Below the pieces are notes generated by a model, which saw nothing but the letters and a program-made list of their open reading frames with translations, was not told the origin of the DNA and made no database searches. This document shows, in pieces, positions 37,976-50,940 of a stretch of 64,000 nt of DNA (position 1 is its first letter; each line of letters starts with the position of its first letter). Position numbers and translations under genes: made by a program. The DNA comes from Chromera velia (lineage: Eukaryota): the NCBI GenBank assembly GCA_018398765.1, contig JAHBMJ010000212.1, forward strand, positions 62,001 through 126,000. The letters run 5' to 3'.

Positions 37976-40900
37976 GTCACAGTGCTTGTGTGTGTATGTG
38001 GGTAGGATGGGTTTCTTCGGGGGTGCGACGGCCAGTTGGAAGGGCGCTGCATCAGGGTTTAGTGAGGAGCGCCTCGGGGACTGGGTGGAGGGCATGTTGC
38101 GGGAGGGGGGGGGGGTTGCTGTCTGTGTGAGTATGGGATGGGGTGAGGTCCTCATGGGGGTGGGGTTAGGGAGGAGCTACGGGTCCAGACTGAGTGTTCG
38201 CAGGGCGGGCTACTGTAGTGGGAGAGCATTGTGGATGGTGGTGCTTGGTGGTGGGAGGTGGCGGTGGGGGTGTGTATGAGGAAGGAAGGCGAAGGGGCAG
38301 CATCTAGTGGTCCTGTAGTCTTCAGGTTCGTCAAAGTCTCTATCATCCCATAGGTCTCTTTCCTTAGGGGGGGGGGAAAGAGGTCAGAGGGGGAGAGGGT
38401 CTGAGTTTTGTTTGGGGACGCTCGCTTTGTGAAATCTCCATCTCCTGGGTGGTGGTGGGGTTGGGGGGGTCCTGGTGAGTTGTGAGGAGGGCGTGACGGT
38501 GCCTATATGAAAACGTTCTGGTATATAGTTGGGGGATACGGGGGGCCGCGGTTGGGGTTGAGTGTGGGTGTGTCTTTGGATGGGTGTGAGGGGATCTTCC
38601 TGGGTCTGTCTTGAGCATCTCCTTCTCCCCTGAGGCTAAACTCCCCCGTCTGCCCGGAGGAGGGTCCAGCCATGGGTTGGCCCCCCTCCCCCGCCACATA
38701 ACAATCCCCCAGAGGAATATGCACCCCCGCCTCCTGCTTGTGGGGAGAGGAAGGGCCAGCCGCCGTATCACAGGCGTTTGGGCCCCCCTCCCCCCCAGCC
38801 GTGTCACAGGCGTTTAGTTGTTTGCTTGGCAGTCGGACTCCCCTCCCGCTGTCTTTCTGTTGCTGGCTGTTTCTTTCTGTGTCTTGCTGTCGCTGGCTGT
38901 GTTTATCTACATCTGTCTGAATCTGCATCCGTCTGTGTCTGTCTGCGTCTGTCTGTGTCTATCTGTGGCTGCCTGCGTCTGTCTGTGTCTGCCTGTAGCT
39001 GTCTGTGTCTGCCTCCGGCTTTTTGTGTCTCTCTGTCGCTGTCTGTAGCTGCCTGCGTCTGTCTTGTCCTGCCGTCTTTTGCCTGTCTCCGTCTGCGCCT
39101 GCACTGCGGCTGCTCTAGTCTGCCTTTTTGCTTTGACTACTGTCCATGCTTCGCTTTCTGTCTGTCTGTCTGTGCCTGCTTATGTATCTGTCTGTTCTTG
39201 GATCTGAGCTAAGGGTGCCTGAGAAGAGAAGAGAGGGGAATAAGAAGAGGAAGAAGAAGAGGACAAGGAAGAGGAAAATGAAGAGGAAGCGGAGGAAGGA
39301 GAGGAAGGTGAGTCAGAACAAGCAGGAGGGGCAGGGCCTGGCGTCTCCAACAGCAAGTTCTCGATCCCCTTCTGGAGGGCCTCATCATCTGTCAGCCCCG
39401 CATTGGGTGTGAGGTCGGCTCCGGCTGGGCTAACATTGAGTCGGCAGACTATTGGGGTGATAGATGGCCTTACCTGCCTATCTGCTCACTGCTTATCGGG
39501 GAAGGTTGTGTGGATGGCTGCCTCTACCATCCTTTTGACGATCTGTAGCGTCTGGGGCTGTACGGGTTGCCTCGGGTGCAGGTTCTCTCCCCTCTTCCAT
39601 CTGGCTTTCCGCTCCTCCCTTTCCTGGATTTCCTTTTCTGCCTCCTCTTCCTATTCTCTGCGGGTTGCTGTCTTGACTCGCGCTCGGCGTTCTCTGGCCT
39701 GTCTGATTGGGTCAACCATCCCTCGTCGCAGCTCAGAGGGTCCAAAAGGTCCTTGAATCGGAAGGGGGAGGATTGGTGGTGTCTTGGACGGGGGGATTAG
39801 AAGGGTACGGACTTCTGCCGTAATGAAGCTAGAGTTGGGGGGCGGCTGCCTTTGTTGCTCCGCTCTCTACTCCCTCGCTTCCTTTCTTGCCCTTCCGACC
39901 GCTTTGGCGTGTCCTTTCCTCTCCTTCTGCTACCATTGCACCCTTTCAATTCGGCCCTGCTCCATCCTGGGTGGGTCTCTCCGACATGCGTTTGCATCTA
40001 TCCACCTCCACTCCTTCTCTTTGTCCCTCCCCACCGGGCCCCATATGCACACTGTGACTGGCTGGCTGGGTGGAGAGAGCCCAGCTATTATCGTTCTCAT
40101 GCCCTCCCTGCCGTGGGAAGGGCGGGGTAGTTTTCTTCAGTCTCGTCGGGGGGGCCATCTGGCTGAGAGGCGGACCTGCAGGGGGATGCACATGGTGGTG
40201 GAGAGTTAGCTGCCCCGCTTGGGGGGGCTCCCTTGGCTGTGGACAGGCCCACTTCGCTGGCGCCATCTGCCTTACTCTTTGACTGGCCTTTTAATATTTT
40301 TTGACGTGATGGTCCTGGGCGATGGCAGTCAGTGGTTGAAGACAGAGGAGTAGGAGATGTTGAAGACGGAGGAGGAGAAGGCCCAGCTCTCTTATCAGAG
40401 AGGTCTTATCGAGACGGGGAAGGAGAAGAGTGCTTATGTTCAGGAGACTGCGACATGGGTATTGCTCCCTTGCCAAGTCTCGATAGGTTTGTTCCATGGA
40501 GATAATAACAGCACCAAGGAATTCTATGCTCAATCTGAGTTATACGTATACGTTCGGCCCTGCGTGGCCGCGTATCGGTTGCACACGTAGCTGGGTTCGG
40601 CGGGTCCTTTCTCTCCCCCACCGGTGGCCATGCTTCTGCTCCCCCGCTCCTTCCGGGAGCAAAGAAAGTGGCAAGCGGACACGGAAACCAGCCCAGCAAA
40701 GTGAAGCTTGGAAGAGAAACAGACAAAAACGGCAAAAATATTTAGATGACCAGATTTCCTTTATTTCTCAACCATTTTTCTTTAGAAAATTATGAGCGGG
40801 TGTCTTCTTATGTCAGAAAGTAGTTTCTGTTATGAAACCGTCAACCAGTCAGTATATATTTTTCAAGTATAGGCTGTGGAGGGCCATAGTTGTTCATGTT

Positions 40901-41007
40901 TATACAAAAGCAGGCTAAGCTGCGGTGGCTTGCTCCTTTTGTTTATAACTACATGCATGGTTTGCCATTTGTCTTTGATTTCGGAGGCCTTAGGCTTAAC
41001 TACAATT

Positions 41008-42062
41008 CTAGGCGACGCACAGTGGCAAAAAAAAAAAATTGAAAACGTCTATTCTTTTTTTTTTATTTATTTAAAATTTTATTGTATATGTAAAAAAAAA
41101 ATAAAGGTTAAATAACTAGCTTCAACTAGAGTTTGAATCATATCTAGGATCCCAGTTTTACTTTTAGCTTGGTAGATGCTTAAAAGGATTGACTAAAACT
41201 AGCTTCAACTAGAGCTTCGAAATGTATATCGTCCTAGATATCGTCAAAGAGCCAGTCAAAGAACTTTTTCTCTGTCTGCTCTTCTGTCTGCATCCATGTA
41301 TCCATCCTTCTTGTCACTCTCTGTATAAGACAAAAGAGAGCCCCCTTTTCCCTTCGCCCGCCTGCTTGCCTTCGTCCCTGTAATCCCCTTTTGCGATGGT
41401 CGCTGCGTGCAGTGCCATACACGCAGACTTCATTCATTTTTCAATTAGCATGAATGGTGAAACGACAAACCGGGTCACTCCCTCTGTCTCCCTCATCTCT
41501 CACACTCAGTTGGTCCATCATCTAGTCCATCACCCGGCATCCCTCAGAGGAGGGAAGCAAAAAGGACGTCAGATATATCTAAGGGAACCATCACAGACGT
41601 ATGTGTATGTGTGTGCATCTTTGTGTCTGTGTCTATCTAACTGACAGCGTCTCTTAGATGAATACGTAGACCGTCTGAAACGAACACACAAAACAAAGGA
41701 AGCGAAAGCAGGAGCAAAGACCACCATATTTACCCAATCTTGATGATGGCCTTGTAATCACTCAGGAGGTCAGCAACGCGAATTGTCTGGCCTCCGTTCT
41801 CCTCACACTAATAGAAACACTAGTAGAGACAAACGTACAATAACAACTAGGACTAGAACTAGGGTTAAAACTAGGGTTGAAAGATATTTAAAACTTTGAG
41901 TTAAATAATAAGTTTGTGAGGAAGTTAGTTTAAAAGTACTTCTAAAAGGTGCTCCTCTAGGTGCTCCTAGAGGTGCTCTAGGAAATCCTTTGTAGAAAAA
42001 AAGAAAAAAAAAATCTGGAAAGGTCTATTATTTTTTTTTTTTTACCACTGTGCGTCGCCTAG
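41008..42062. mobile_element. Non-autonomous TIR element (1055 bp) with an 8-bp TSD
   Basis: Ends ctaggcgacgcacagtgg(c/t)aaaaaaaa ... ttttttttaccactgtgcgtcgcctag. TSD ctacaatt at 41000-41007 and 42063-42070. Confidence 0.9.
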
Positions 42063-42747
42063 CTACAATTAAGTAAGTAAATAAGTAGGTATGAGGAAGT
42101 TAGACAGGAAAAGAGACAGTCAGGATGGCTGACCGGCACCCTTTTGTACCCTCTTAAAGGAAAACGGAATAAACGTCAGCCTGGAGTCGGAGCGACGGAG
42201 TCTGCATACGGACGAGTTTAATTAGGGTATTATGTAACTTATGTTATATTATGTAGTATTTAGTGCCAGTATAATATGTACGTACAAAAAGTATAAGTAT
42301 GGCGAAGCTATAAGTTGGCTGGCGATGCCTAGTATAATAGATTACATGCTAGATATTAAATGAGGCTGTGTAACAGTGTGTATAATTAAACCTTAGATAA
42401 AGTTCAATGACTGTCAAATCTAGAAGCAATACTGAGAAGCAATAAGAAGCAAGCGTAAATCTGCGGCAAAGATCGGCGGATATAGAAGATCATGTAAAGC
42501 ACTTTGATTCATTGGATAGAAACCATAAGATTAACAGATTGAATTGCATGCGATAAAGCTTTCAGTATAGCATTTTTTCTTAAAATCAAATTTTTTGTAA
42601 TCTAGAAGGAGTTGGAGGCTCAAACTCAAACTCATACTGACAGTATTTATACTTCAAGTTCTAATATAACTCTACAATACAGCTATCTTGCAGTTTGTGC
42701 CCCGTGCCTCATTGTATGTGGCCCCCTGGTGTGACTATTGCCAGGAA

Positions 42748-44142
42748 TTATCCGATCCGTTGCTGCTGCACCACGCGGTTTTTTTCTGTGGGTCTCTGGA
42801 TCCCTAGTTGAATCAGAGACAACGCGGTTGAAGGAGTGGCGTTGCCCCTCCCGTTTGGTGTGTCCATGGGCGACCTTCGTGAGGATCTGCGGGCAGGCTG
42901 GGGCACTGGCGGAAGGAAAGCGTTTGTACCGGCGGAGTCTCCGAGAGCATCTCTTGTCGTGTGCCTGTGGGTGCAGTTGGGGGGCATCCTCTCAGGGGGT
43001 GGGAGGGGGGGGCGGTGGGGGGGTGGGACGCGGCCCTCAGGGAGACGCTGCGGCATTCATTGAAAGAAACAGGCAGACACACACGGAAAGACTATAGAAT
43101 GCTGCGGCAGAAGGACAGACAAGCAGACCATATGGTGCTTTCATTTTTTTTTGCGTGTCAGACAGGCAGACCGACCACACGGTCCCTTCCTTCTTTTGCT
43201 TCTGTGTTTCAGACATACTGCATCGTTCTCTCTCTTCTTTTTCTCTTCCTCGCTTCCTCTCTTCGCCCTTCTTTCCTTCCTTCCTTCCTTCCTTCCTTCC
43301 TGCTTTCCTCTCCTTTCCCTTCCTTTACTTCAGATAGACAGACTATATCGTCTTTTCTTTTCCTTTTTCTCTTTCTTCATTCTCTTCTGACAGACAGCCT
43401 ATATGTTTCTTCTTCTTCTCCCTCTTTTTCTTCATGACAGACAGACGGACAGACAGACAGACCGACAGACAGATAGACAGACGGACAGACAGACAAGCAA
43501 ATTGACACACACACAAACAGAGAGACAGATCCGAGGATGGATGGATAGATAAGCAGGGAAGGAAACAGAAAGAGGCCGGGAGAAAAACGAACAGCTAAAT
43601 GGATGCACAGATAAATAGATAGAGCTAGAGAAAAAGTGTATGTGCGGCTTGCAATTCAGCTACACAGAAGGAAAACGCAACTGGAAGGAGAACAAATTGA
43701 CCAAAAGTGATGCGGGAGAAAGGCACACAAAAATACTTCTGTTTGAAGGAAATCAAGTTTTTGGCTGACTGACGCTTCTCAACTGTTCAAAAACGAATTT
43801 GGCTGGGACGGTCCGTGGGACGTCGTTCTCAGCTGCACACACTTATTTTGATACAGAATTCTTTTTATTCTTTTTATTTTGTATGAAAATAAATGCATGG
43901 GACGTTGTTCTCAGCTGCACACATGCGGAAGGGGAATATGACGACAAGTTGAAAGTTCAGAGCAGTGAGTAGCTGAGAAAAAAGTATACATGCGCTCCAC
44001 GAGCACAGATGCTTTGAGTGTAATGCGGAACACAGGCAAGAAGGAAGGAAGGAAAGAAGCAAGCAAGCAAGCAAGGAAACAAGGAAGGAAGGAATGAAGC
44101 ATCAAACAATGCCGATGTCCATCCGAGGAAAATTTCAGCTTA

Positions 44143-44182
<40 letters not shown>

Positions 44183-44187
44183 CTCTC

Positions 44188-44220
<33 letters not shown>

Positions 44221-44337
44221 GTGTGTGTGTGCGCGCATGAATGTTTGTGTTCGTGTGCGTCTACTTGAATTAACTAATGAACAAGTGATCGGTTGTATTG
44301 CCTTTTCAGCTGTCTTTTGAGCCGTTGCTGCTTGTGC

Positions 44338-44372
<35 letters not shown>

Positions 44373-44533
44373 ATCTCTCTGAATCTATCTATCTGTCCCA
44401 CTATCTAACTATGCACATGCATGTACTTATGCATATGAATGTCTTTTCCCGTTTCTTTTTCTTACTGTCCTTCGTTCGTTCGTTGCTTCGTTTGTACCTT
44501 CGTCTTTCCTTTCTTTCTTTCTTTCTTTCTTCT

Positions 44534-44565
<32 letters not shown>

Positions 44566-44605
44566 GTGCGTGTATGTTCGTTTCCGTGTTTCCGCGTTTG
44601 CGCTT

Positions 44606-44647
<42 letters not shown>

Positions 44648-44679
44648 GTGTGTCTGCCTCTCTGTCTTTCTGCCCCCCT

Positions 44680-44722
<43 letters not shown>

Positions 44723-45160
44723 TTCCTTTTTTTCCTTCCATCTCCCTGTCTCTGTCTCTCTTTCTCTCTCTCTCTCTTGCGTTTTTTTCTCTTCTGATGG
44801 GTTTGAGAGTCATGACAGCCTTACTCACCCAAGAACTGTGCCACTCACTCCTTCAGGCATTCCCCCCCCCCATGAACCCGGCCACCCCTTCACCCATGCA
44901 CTTTTTCGGAGCCGTTCACGCACGACTTTCTCATTCACTGACAAAGTCGCGCAATAAGTTTCTTGGTCTAATGATTGAGTGCATCCAACTTCCACCCCCC
45001 CTCTCTCCCTGCAACATCCAACTGTCCTGATTTCCATCCACCCCTCCAACCCCCTCTTCGATTACTGTCAAGGAAGACAATGGATTTCGTTCCTTCTTCT
45101 CCACCTTGCCATTCAGCCTTTCCAGAGAAGAAGGTATAGAGAGGGACGCAAGATTGACTT

Positions 45161-45191
<31 letters not shown>

Positions 45192-45624
45192 CTGACTGAC
45201 AAGGGTCGAGAATCTTCTCTGCCGGAATGAACGGAACGGGAGGTCCCGCTTTCTCCTCATTCGCCAGAAGTTCGTGGAAGATTTTCTTTTCTGCAGGCGA
45301 GAATGAACGACCACAACCACAGACAGAGAAGAAAGAAGAGAAGGCACAAAGCGTGCATAATCAGCTTTGTTCAGTTTTGCATGAAGTACATTGCGTCTGC
45401 TCTTTTGGTGCCTTCCCTTTTTTGTGTACAGAGAGTTCGACGAAATATTTGGGATACGACTTCTCTACTTGTCGAATTCTTTGCGGTTCCTTCCTTTTCT
45501 CTGTCTTCTTTTACAGACACAAAGACAGACCAATATATATCCCTCTTTCGCTCGTTCAACAAAGAGGTAGGCAGGGAGGTGGACCGACCAACACAAAGAC
45601 AAACAGACAAACAGTCAGGAGGAC

Positions 45625-45667
<43 letters not shown>

Positions 45668-45768
45668 CACACACGCACGCACGCACGCACACACACATAC
45701 ACACATACACACATACACACATACACACACACACACACACACGCACACACGTACACGCAAAAAAGAAA

Positions 45769-45814
<46 letters not shown>

Positions 45815-46568
45815 CATGCAAGCAGATAGACAGACAGAGAGATGACCCTCGGAGGGCAAGAAAGGTAGAGAGGACGGAGGCAAACAGGGGTAAAAACGTT
45901 TTGTTCAGGAATGAATACAAAGAAAACTTACGAGCTCATTAAAAGGCACGTCAGTTTGCAGAAGACTGATCCCAACGGCATTTCAAACTGCAGTCCGTTT
46001 TTCTTCCTCGCACATATATGCTTTCTTTCTACAGCTGTACGGAACGAACTGGATGCTACATATATACTTTATATATATATATATATATATATATACTTGA
46101 AACAAGGGGTGGAGCAGCGGACGCTTTTCCTCTCGCAAACAGACTTGTCTTCGCGACATGTAGACGGACATGAAACCACAAAAACCATGCATGCGCAGGG
46201 GAACGCACTGACCGACCCCGTATTCTTTGTTGTCTCTGGAATCTCTTCTCCCTCTGTTTCTCCTGAATTCGTTTCCTCGCCTCTCTCTCTAGAGCAGGCA
46301 GCTCCTTGTCAATCAACGAGCAGGGTTTCCTCTCCATCTTCATGGGCACTCGCGTCATCACGTCCTTTATGTACAGAAGGACAGGATCGGCACGGGGAGG
46401 GCGAAGGTACCAGGGAGTTTTCTCTTTCCGGGGCCTCAAAGTGGCACTCACAGCACTCGACTCCTTCCCAGACGCTGCAGGCTTATAGACCTGGTCCTCG
46501 TTCCATCCCACAGGTAAAGTACCGTAGGCAGACTCCAACCAGTTCTCACTCTGTTCTGCGTTTCGCAT
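42748..46568 (-). CDS. Hypothetical spliced protein, divergent from the 47206 gene (exon structure uncertain)
   Basis: Candidate exons ~46568-46217 (MRNAEQ...RIR), ~45290-45200 ([15 protein letters not shown]...) and ~45065-44940 have compatible GT-AG phases. A possible last exon lies at ~43056-42748. No recognisable domain. Confidence 0.35.
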
Positions 46569-47205
46569 GCCTCCAAGATGCAGTTTTTCGACATTTACAA
46601 CGTGTCGGACTCACTGAACGACATGAATAATTCAAAATGAATGGATCAATCCTGTACGTGGAATAATGCACCCAACGAATCTTCCACCTCCGTTGTTCCC
46701 TTTCTGTTCAGCGCCTAAGCTTGGCCTACAGGCAGTCGGATCTCTATGTCCTCCCAAACCGTCAGGCTACATCTGCTCGAAAGTCCGTTTATATTTATAT
46801 ACAGATTGGATGCATGTCTTAATTAATTTAAGTCATACAATATTATATAAATTAAGAAATACAATTGAAAAATCAGGAGACGCGCGGAAGAAAAGCGCTC
46901 GGTTTGCGCGCGCTTGCACGCCGTGCGTGCTTTCCCGCGCCGCGCGCGGGCCGACCATCGCAATCATATCGCAATCTTTGAATCCAGACAATTTAGGTTT
47001 GCACGCGAAGTACTGGAAGCTCGTGAGCCTGATCGGATTCCCGCTGAAGTCAGTCAGATTCTGGTGAATACACAGCAGCAGTAAGCACGTGAGCTCATCA
47101 CGCTCATCACGAAGCAAATCTGGAGTGTATGGGGTGACCGAAAGAAGGCTTAGGGGCAAGAAGGGGAGGAAGAGAACGGCCAGCCATCTGTCTCTTTTTC
47201 CCGGC

Positions 47206-50052
47206 ATGATGACACGTCATTTTTCAGTGTCCTTCAGGACCCTTTTTTGTCTCAGTGTCTTGTGCTGTGCCCTCCTTTCACGAGACGCCCAGGGCTTTCT
47301 CACCAGTCCCCTCAGAAGCAGCGGTCCTTCCCGTTCCTCTGGCAGAACCCTCCCGTCTCCTCTTTTCCGGAAAAGCCCTACTGGCGGTGGAGTCTCCTTC
47401 ACCACAAATAGACCAAGTACGGAAAGGGCCCGTGTGCCCGGATCTAGTCTGAGCGCCGCCGCAACCCCCAGTGCAGTATTTCAAAGGAAAAGCGAGATCG
47501 TGCCGTCGTTCTGTTGGCTTGTCACTGCGACTGCATGTGCGGCCACCGTCTATCTGAACAATTACAGGGGGTTCGGGCCAGTCAAGGCAGCGGGTGCCTT
47601 CGGTCTCCTCTCTGCACTCCAACTGTCACCCGAATATGCGCGATTCGCTTTTGCCGGGTCGGTATTAGTGCGCAGTACCGGGGTTGGTCCAACCTCCTCC
47701 CTGTCTCTGCCTGGCGGTGCGCATGAATTTGAATAGAGGTTTTTTCAATCGGTTCGGAATCTCTTCTTGATGCTCTTTTTTGCTTGTTATTCGTTCATTT
47801 GCTTCTTTCCTTCGTCCGTTCCTTCTTTCCTTGCTTGTTCTCTCCCCTCGGCCCCCACGACCCCCCCTCCCTTCTTTCCATAAATCCAAATACATGCATG
47901 CACACACTCGCACTCACTCACTCACTCACTGCTTCACTGCAGTTGTATGGCCGGCATGAGCTCTCCGAACTGCGTCCCTGACTGGCGTTTTGGGGGTTTC
48001 CTCGGAGTGATGACGGCGAACATTCTGATGGTCTTCAACGCGCTGGGACTGCTGAAGGGCGTGGGGGGGCGGCTGGGGGCTGCAGCTGTGACGGGGTGCG
48101 TGATCGGGACTTCGCTACTGTCCAGACTGCCCACTGGCTGCAGTGCTGTGGGACTGATGAATTCCGAAATTTGCAGCAGACTCTTTACAGTAGAGGGGGT
48201 GAAGGAGGCAGTAGTAAGCCAGCCTGAAGTACTTGGCGCGACCCTTGCAGGCGCCGTAGCGGTGCGTGCGTTCCTGGCGGCGTTCAAGAAGATAGACCCG
48301 TTGATGCGAAAGGAGTGGGCGGTGGCGTCCACTTCTTTGACGGCACTGATTGCGAATGAGGTCGCACCGTTGTTGGGGCCTGCAGCCATTGCTGGAGGGT
48401 TTGTAGGCATGTCGTCGGAAAAGTTGATTTCAAATTTTGTTGGGTTGCCCATCGCGGCTTTGGGTGCCGGGGTTGTGCAATTGGGTGGGGCGGGGCTGGT
48501 GCAAGGGGTGGGTGGGAGGCTTGGAGCTGCGGCGGCGTTGTCCGTTGTCTGCACGCGCCTTCTCTTTTTTCGGAGTCTGGGGGCACTTCTCTCTCTGGTC
48601 AGAAGTGCGAAGCCAGATTCGGCTGTTGAGGTAATGGAGAGAGGAAACAAGGATACATCTTCCGCATCCTTCGTTAAAGTCAACGGGGTTCATAGGAAGG
48701 GGGCTGATTCGGGGACTAGCGTCGTCGTCGTGGAAAAGGAAAAGGTTGGGGGGTCAGAAAAGCAAAAGCAGACACAGCAGGGAGACCGAAACGCGACAAC
48801 TGCAACGGAGGGTATAGAAGGTGTTGGAGAGGGGGAGAGACTGAAAGAAGAAGAAGAAAAAAGGAAAAGTGAGGAAGAGGAAGACGGAAGAAAGAGAAAA
48901 GAAGAAGAAGAGAGAAAGAAGAGAGACGAAGACGAAAAAAAGAGAAAAGAAGAAGAAGAGAGAAAGAAGAGAGAGGAAGACGAAAGAAAGAGAAAAGAAG
49001 AAGAAGAGAGAAAGAAGAGAGAGGAAGACGAAAGAAAAAAAAAAGAAGAAGAGAGAAGGAAGAGAGAGGAAGACGAAAGAAAGAGAAAAGAAGAAGAAGA
49101 GGGAAAGAAAAGAGAGGAAGACGAAAGAAAGAGAAAAGAAGAAGAAGAGCGAACGAAGAGAGAGGAAGAAAAAAGAAAGAAAAAAGAAGAAGAGGAGAAA
49201 AGAGTACAGGAAGAAAAGGAGGAACAAGAAAGAAAGTTCTCAGAAAAAACAGACACACGGTCTGCTGCCGGGGTCTTTTCCCCTCTCCAATCTATTCTGC
49301 TGCAGCCGAGAGCATTGAAGCAGAGTGCTGATGGACTTTTTAAGTCCCCTGCTCAGATGAGTGTGAATGAGAGGTCAGTGATGACGCACGCCAGTCAGTC
49401 CGTCCCTCCGTCCGTCTCTCAGATTGTGCGCAACCTTCGAATCAACCAGTCTGCATATGTCAGCTAGTCAGTGGTCTCAGTCAGTTCGTCAGTCGATGTC
49501 TGAATGAATCTCTGAGAATGCCACTCGATCGTTTCACTTTCCCTTCACGGGCTTCCCATCCGCAACCAACCGCTTCAAAAAACAAAAAAACAAGGCCTAC
49601 AATCCAGCTTTCGTGTATTTATTTGTGCACATGTGCACGCACAGGGCGTCCGATGTTTTCCCCTTCTGTCTTCTGTCTGTACATCGAAAGAAATGAATTT
49701 GGCCAGTAGGACTGACTCTCTTCTTCAGACATTCAAAAAAGGAATTTTGAGTCGGACGCGTGCCCGCCCTTCTCCTGAATATCTTTCTGCCTGCCCGCCT
49801 CGGTCTGTCTGCATGTGTGCCTACAGATGGCGTCTGCTCAGTGGTCTCGTGTCAGGCGCGGTTTCTCCAGAGCGCATCCTACCCCCCACCCCCAAAGAGA
49901 AGGCGACAGCAGAAGCCCAGGCCTCGTCCTCCTCGGTTAAGTCAGGAGCAGAGGAAGAAGCACCGAGCGAAGCAGCAGGCAGCAAGCCTCCCAGTCGAGC
50001 CCCACCCTCTTACACGTCTCCTCTTGTCAACATGAGCTATAATGAAAGGTGA
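47206..50052 (+). CDS. Probable plastid-targeted multi-pass membrane protein with repeated GMS...G.GGRLG motifs and a Glu/Lys/Arg-rich tail (~702 aa, 3 exons)
   Basis: Exons 47206-47657, 47943-49373 and 49827-50052 are phase-compatible GT-AG. Signal peptide ends ...DAQG|FLTSP, followed by a Ser/Arg/Pro-rich transit-like region. Two repeats of (A/V)GMSS...GVGGRLGAAA. Exon 2 could alternatively read through to the stop at 49467. Confidence 0.7.
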
Positions 50053-50728
50053 GCGAGCGAGAGAGCGAGCGCGGGGGGTGCCTGGAGGAGGGCGGGGTGG
50101 ACAATAAGGTAGATGACACCTCAGAGAGAATACCAAAAGGGAAATGAAGAAGACGGAAGTAGGCCCACACTCACACAATTTTTCCCTGTGATCCAACACC
50201 GATGCCCAGGCAAAGTTCGGGACTTCTTTCTGTTGTATTATTTGAAGAAGAAAATGTATTTTTTTTAGAGAGAGAGAGAGAGAGAGAGAAGGAAAGCGAG
50301 AGGAGCGCTTGAAAAGAGCTTCCGAAAGAGACCTTTGGGGATCAATAGTGGCGACTGCCAGTAAAGTTTCCCTCCCCGGCTCTCGTAGTCCGTTTTGTGG
50401 TGTTTTTCTTTCCTTCTTTTTTGCGCTCCTTCTTCCCCGCTTCTCTTCCTTCCTTCTCTTTGCCTGCCTATACTTCTCGTAATTTGACTACACACGATTA
50501 TGTGTGACTCTGTCACTCACTCGCGGGTGGGTGGGGGTATGTGTGTGTAGCATGGATGGATGGATACGCTGTTGCTACACTCGATCAGTCTAGTTTGTTC
50601 GTTTCTTATCACAAGAAGCAACGCTCTAGCTCCCTCTCTTAGTTTTCGTTCGATCCTTGCATGCAGTGATCGAGTTGGCTGCCATCATGCCATCGACATG
50701 TCGTCATTGTTTCCTTCCCATGGTTCCC

Positions 50729-50762
<34 letters not shown>

Positions 50763-50904
50763 ACTCTTTCTTCTTGGGCATAGCTAGACGTCTAAGCGCC
50801 CTGAAGCTGTGACGGCAACCTGCCTTGCTTCCTTTCCTTGGCATGTTTGGAGACCTGCGCCTCTCTTTCTCTCTCTCTCTCTCCCCCCCCCCCCCNCCCT
50901 CTCT

Positions 50905-50940
<36 letters not shown>

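Larger units (their letters stand above)
31560..40700 (-). mobile_element. CRE-clade (RT + restriction-like endonuclease) non-LTR retrotransposon, near full length, degenerate; 5' boundary approximate
   Basis: N-terminal Cys motif CCACHRLGGRCTSCQCVRQGRPC (~36950). RT motifs: LMACRLVALDKCPGMCPIGIGE, LIDAENAF, TKGDPMSMAGYAIPILPL, WYADD, GLGIP. C-terminal: LSPDEFRNA, CEGCG..HALNC..GG....[32 protein letters not shown] decayed upstream reading frame lies at ~38400-40500. Confidence 0.9.

Noticed and set aside
41855..41885. tagggtt motifs as interstitial telomere
   Set aside because: Only two non-tandem copies.
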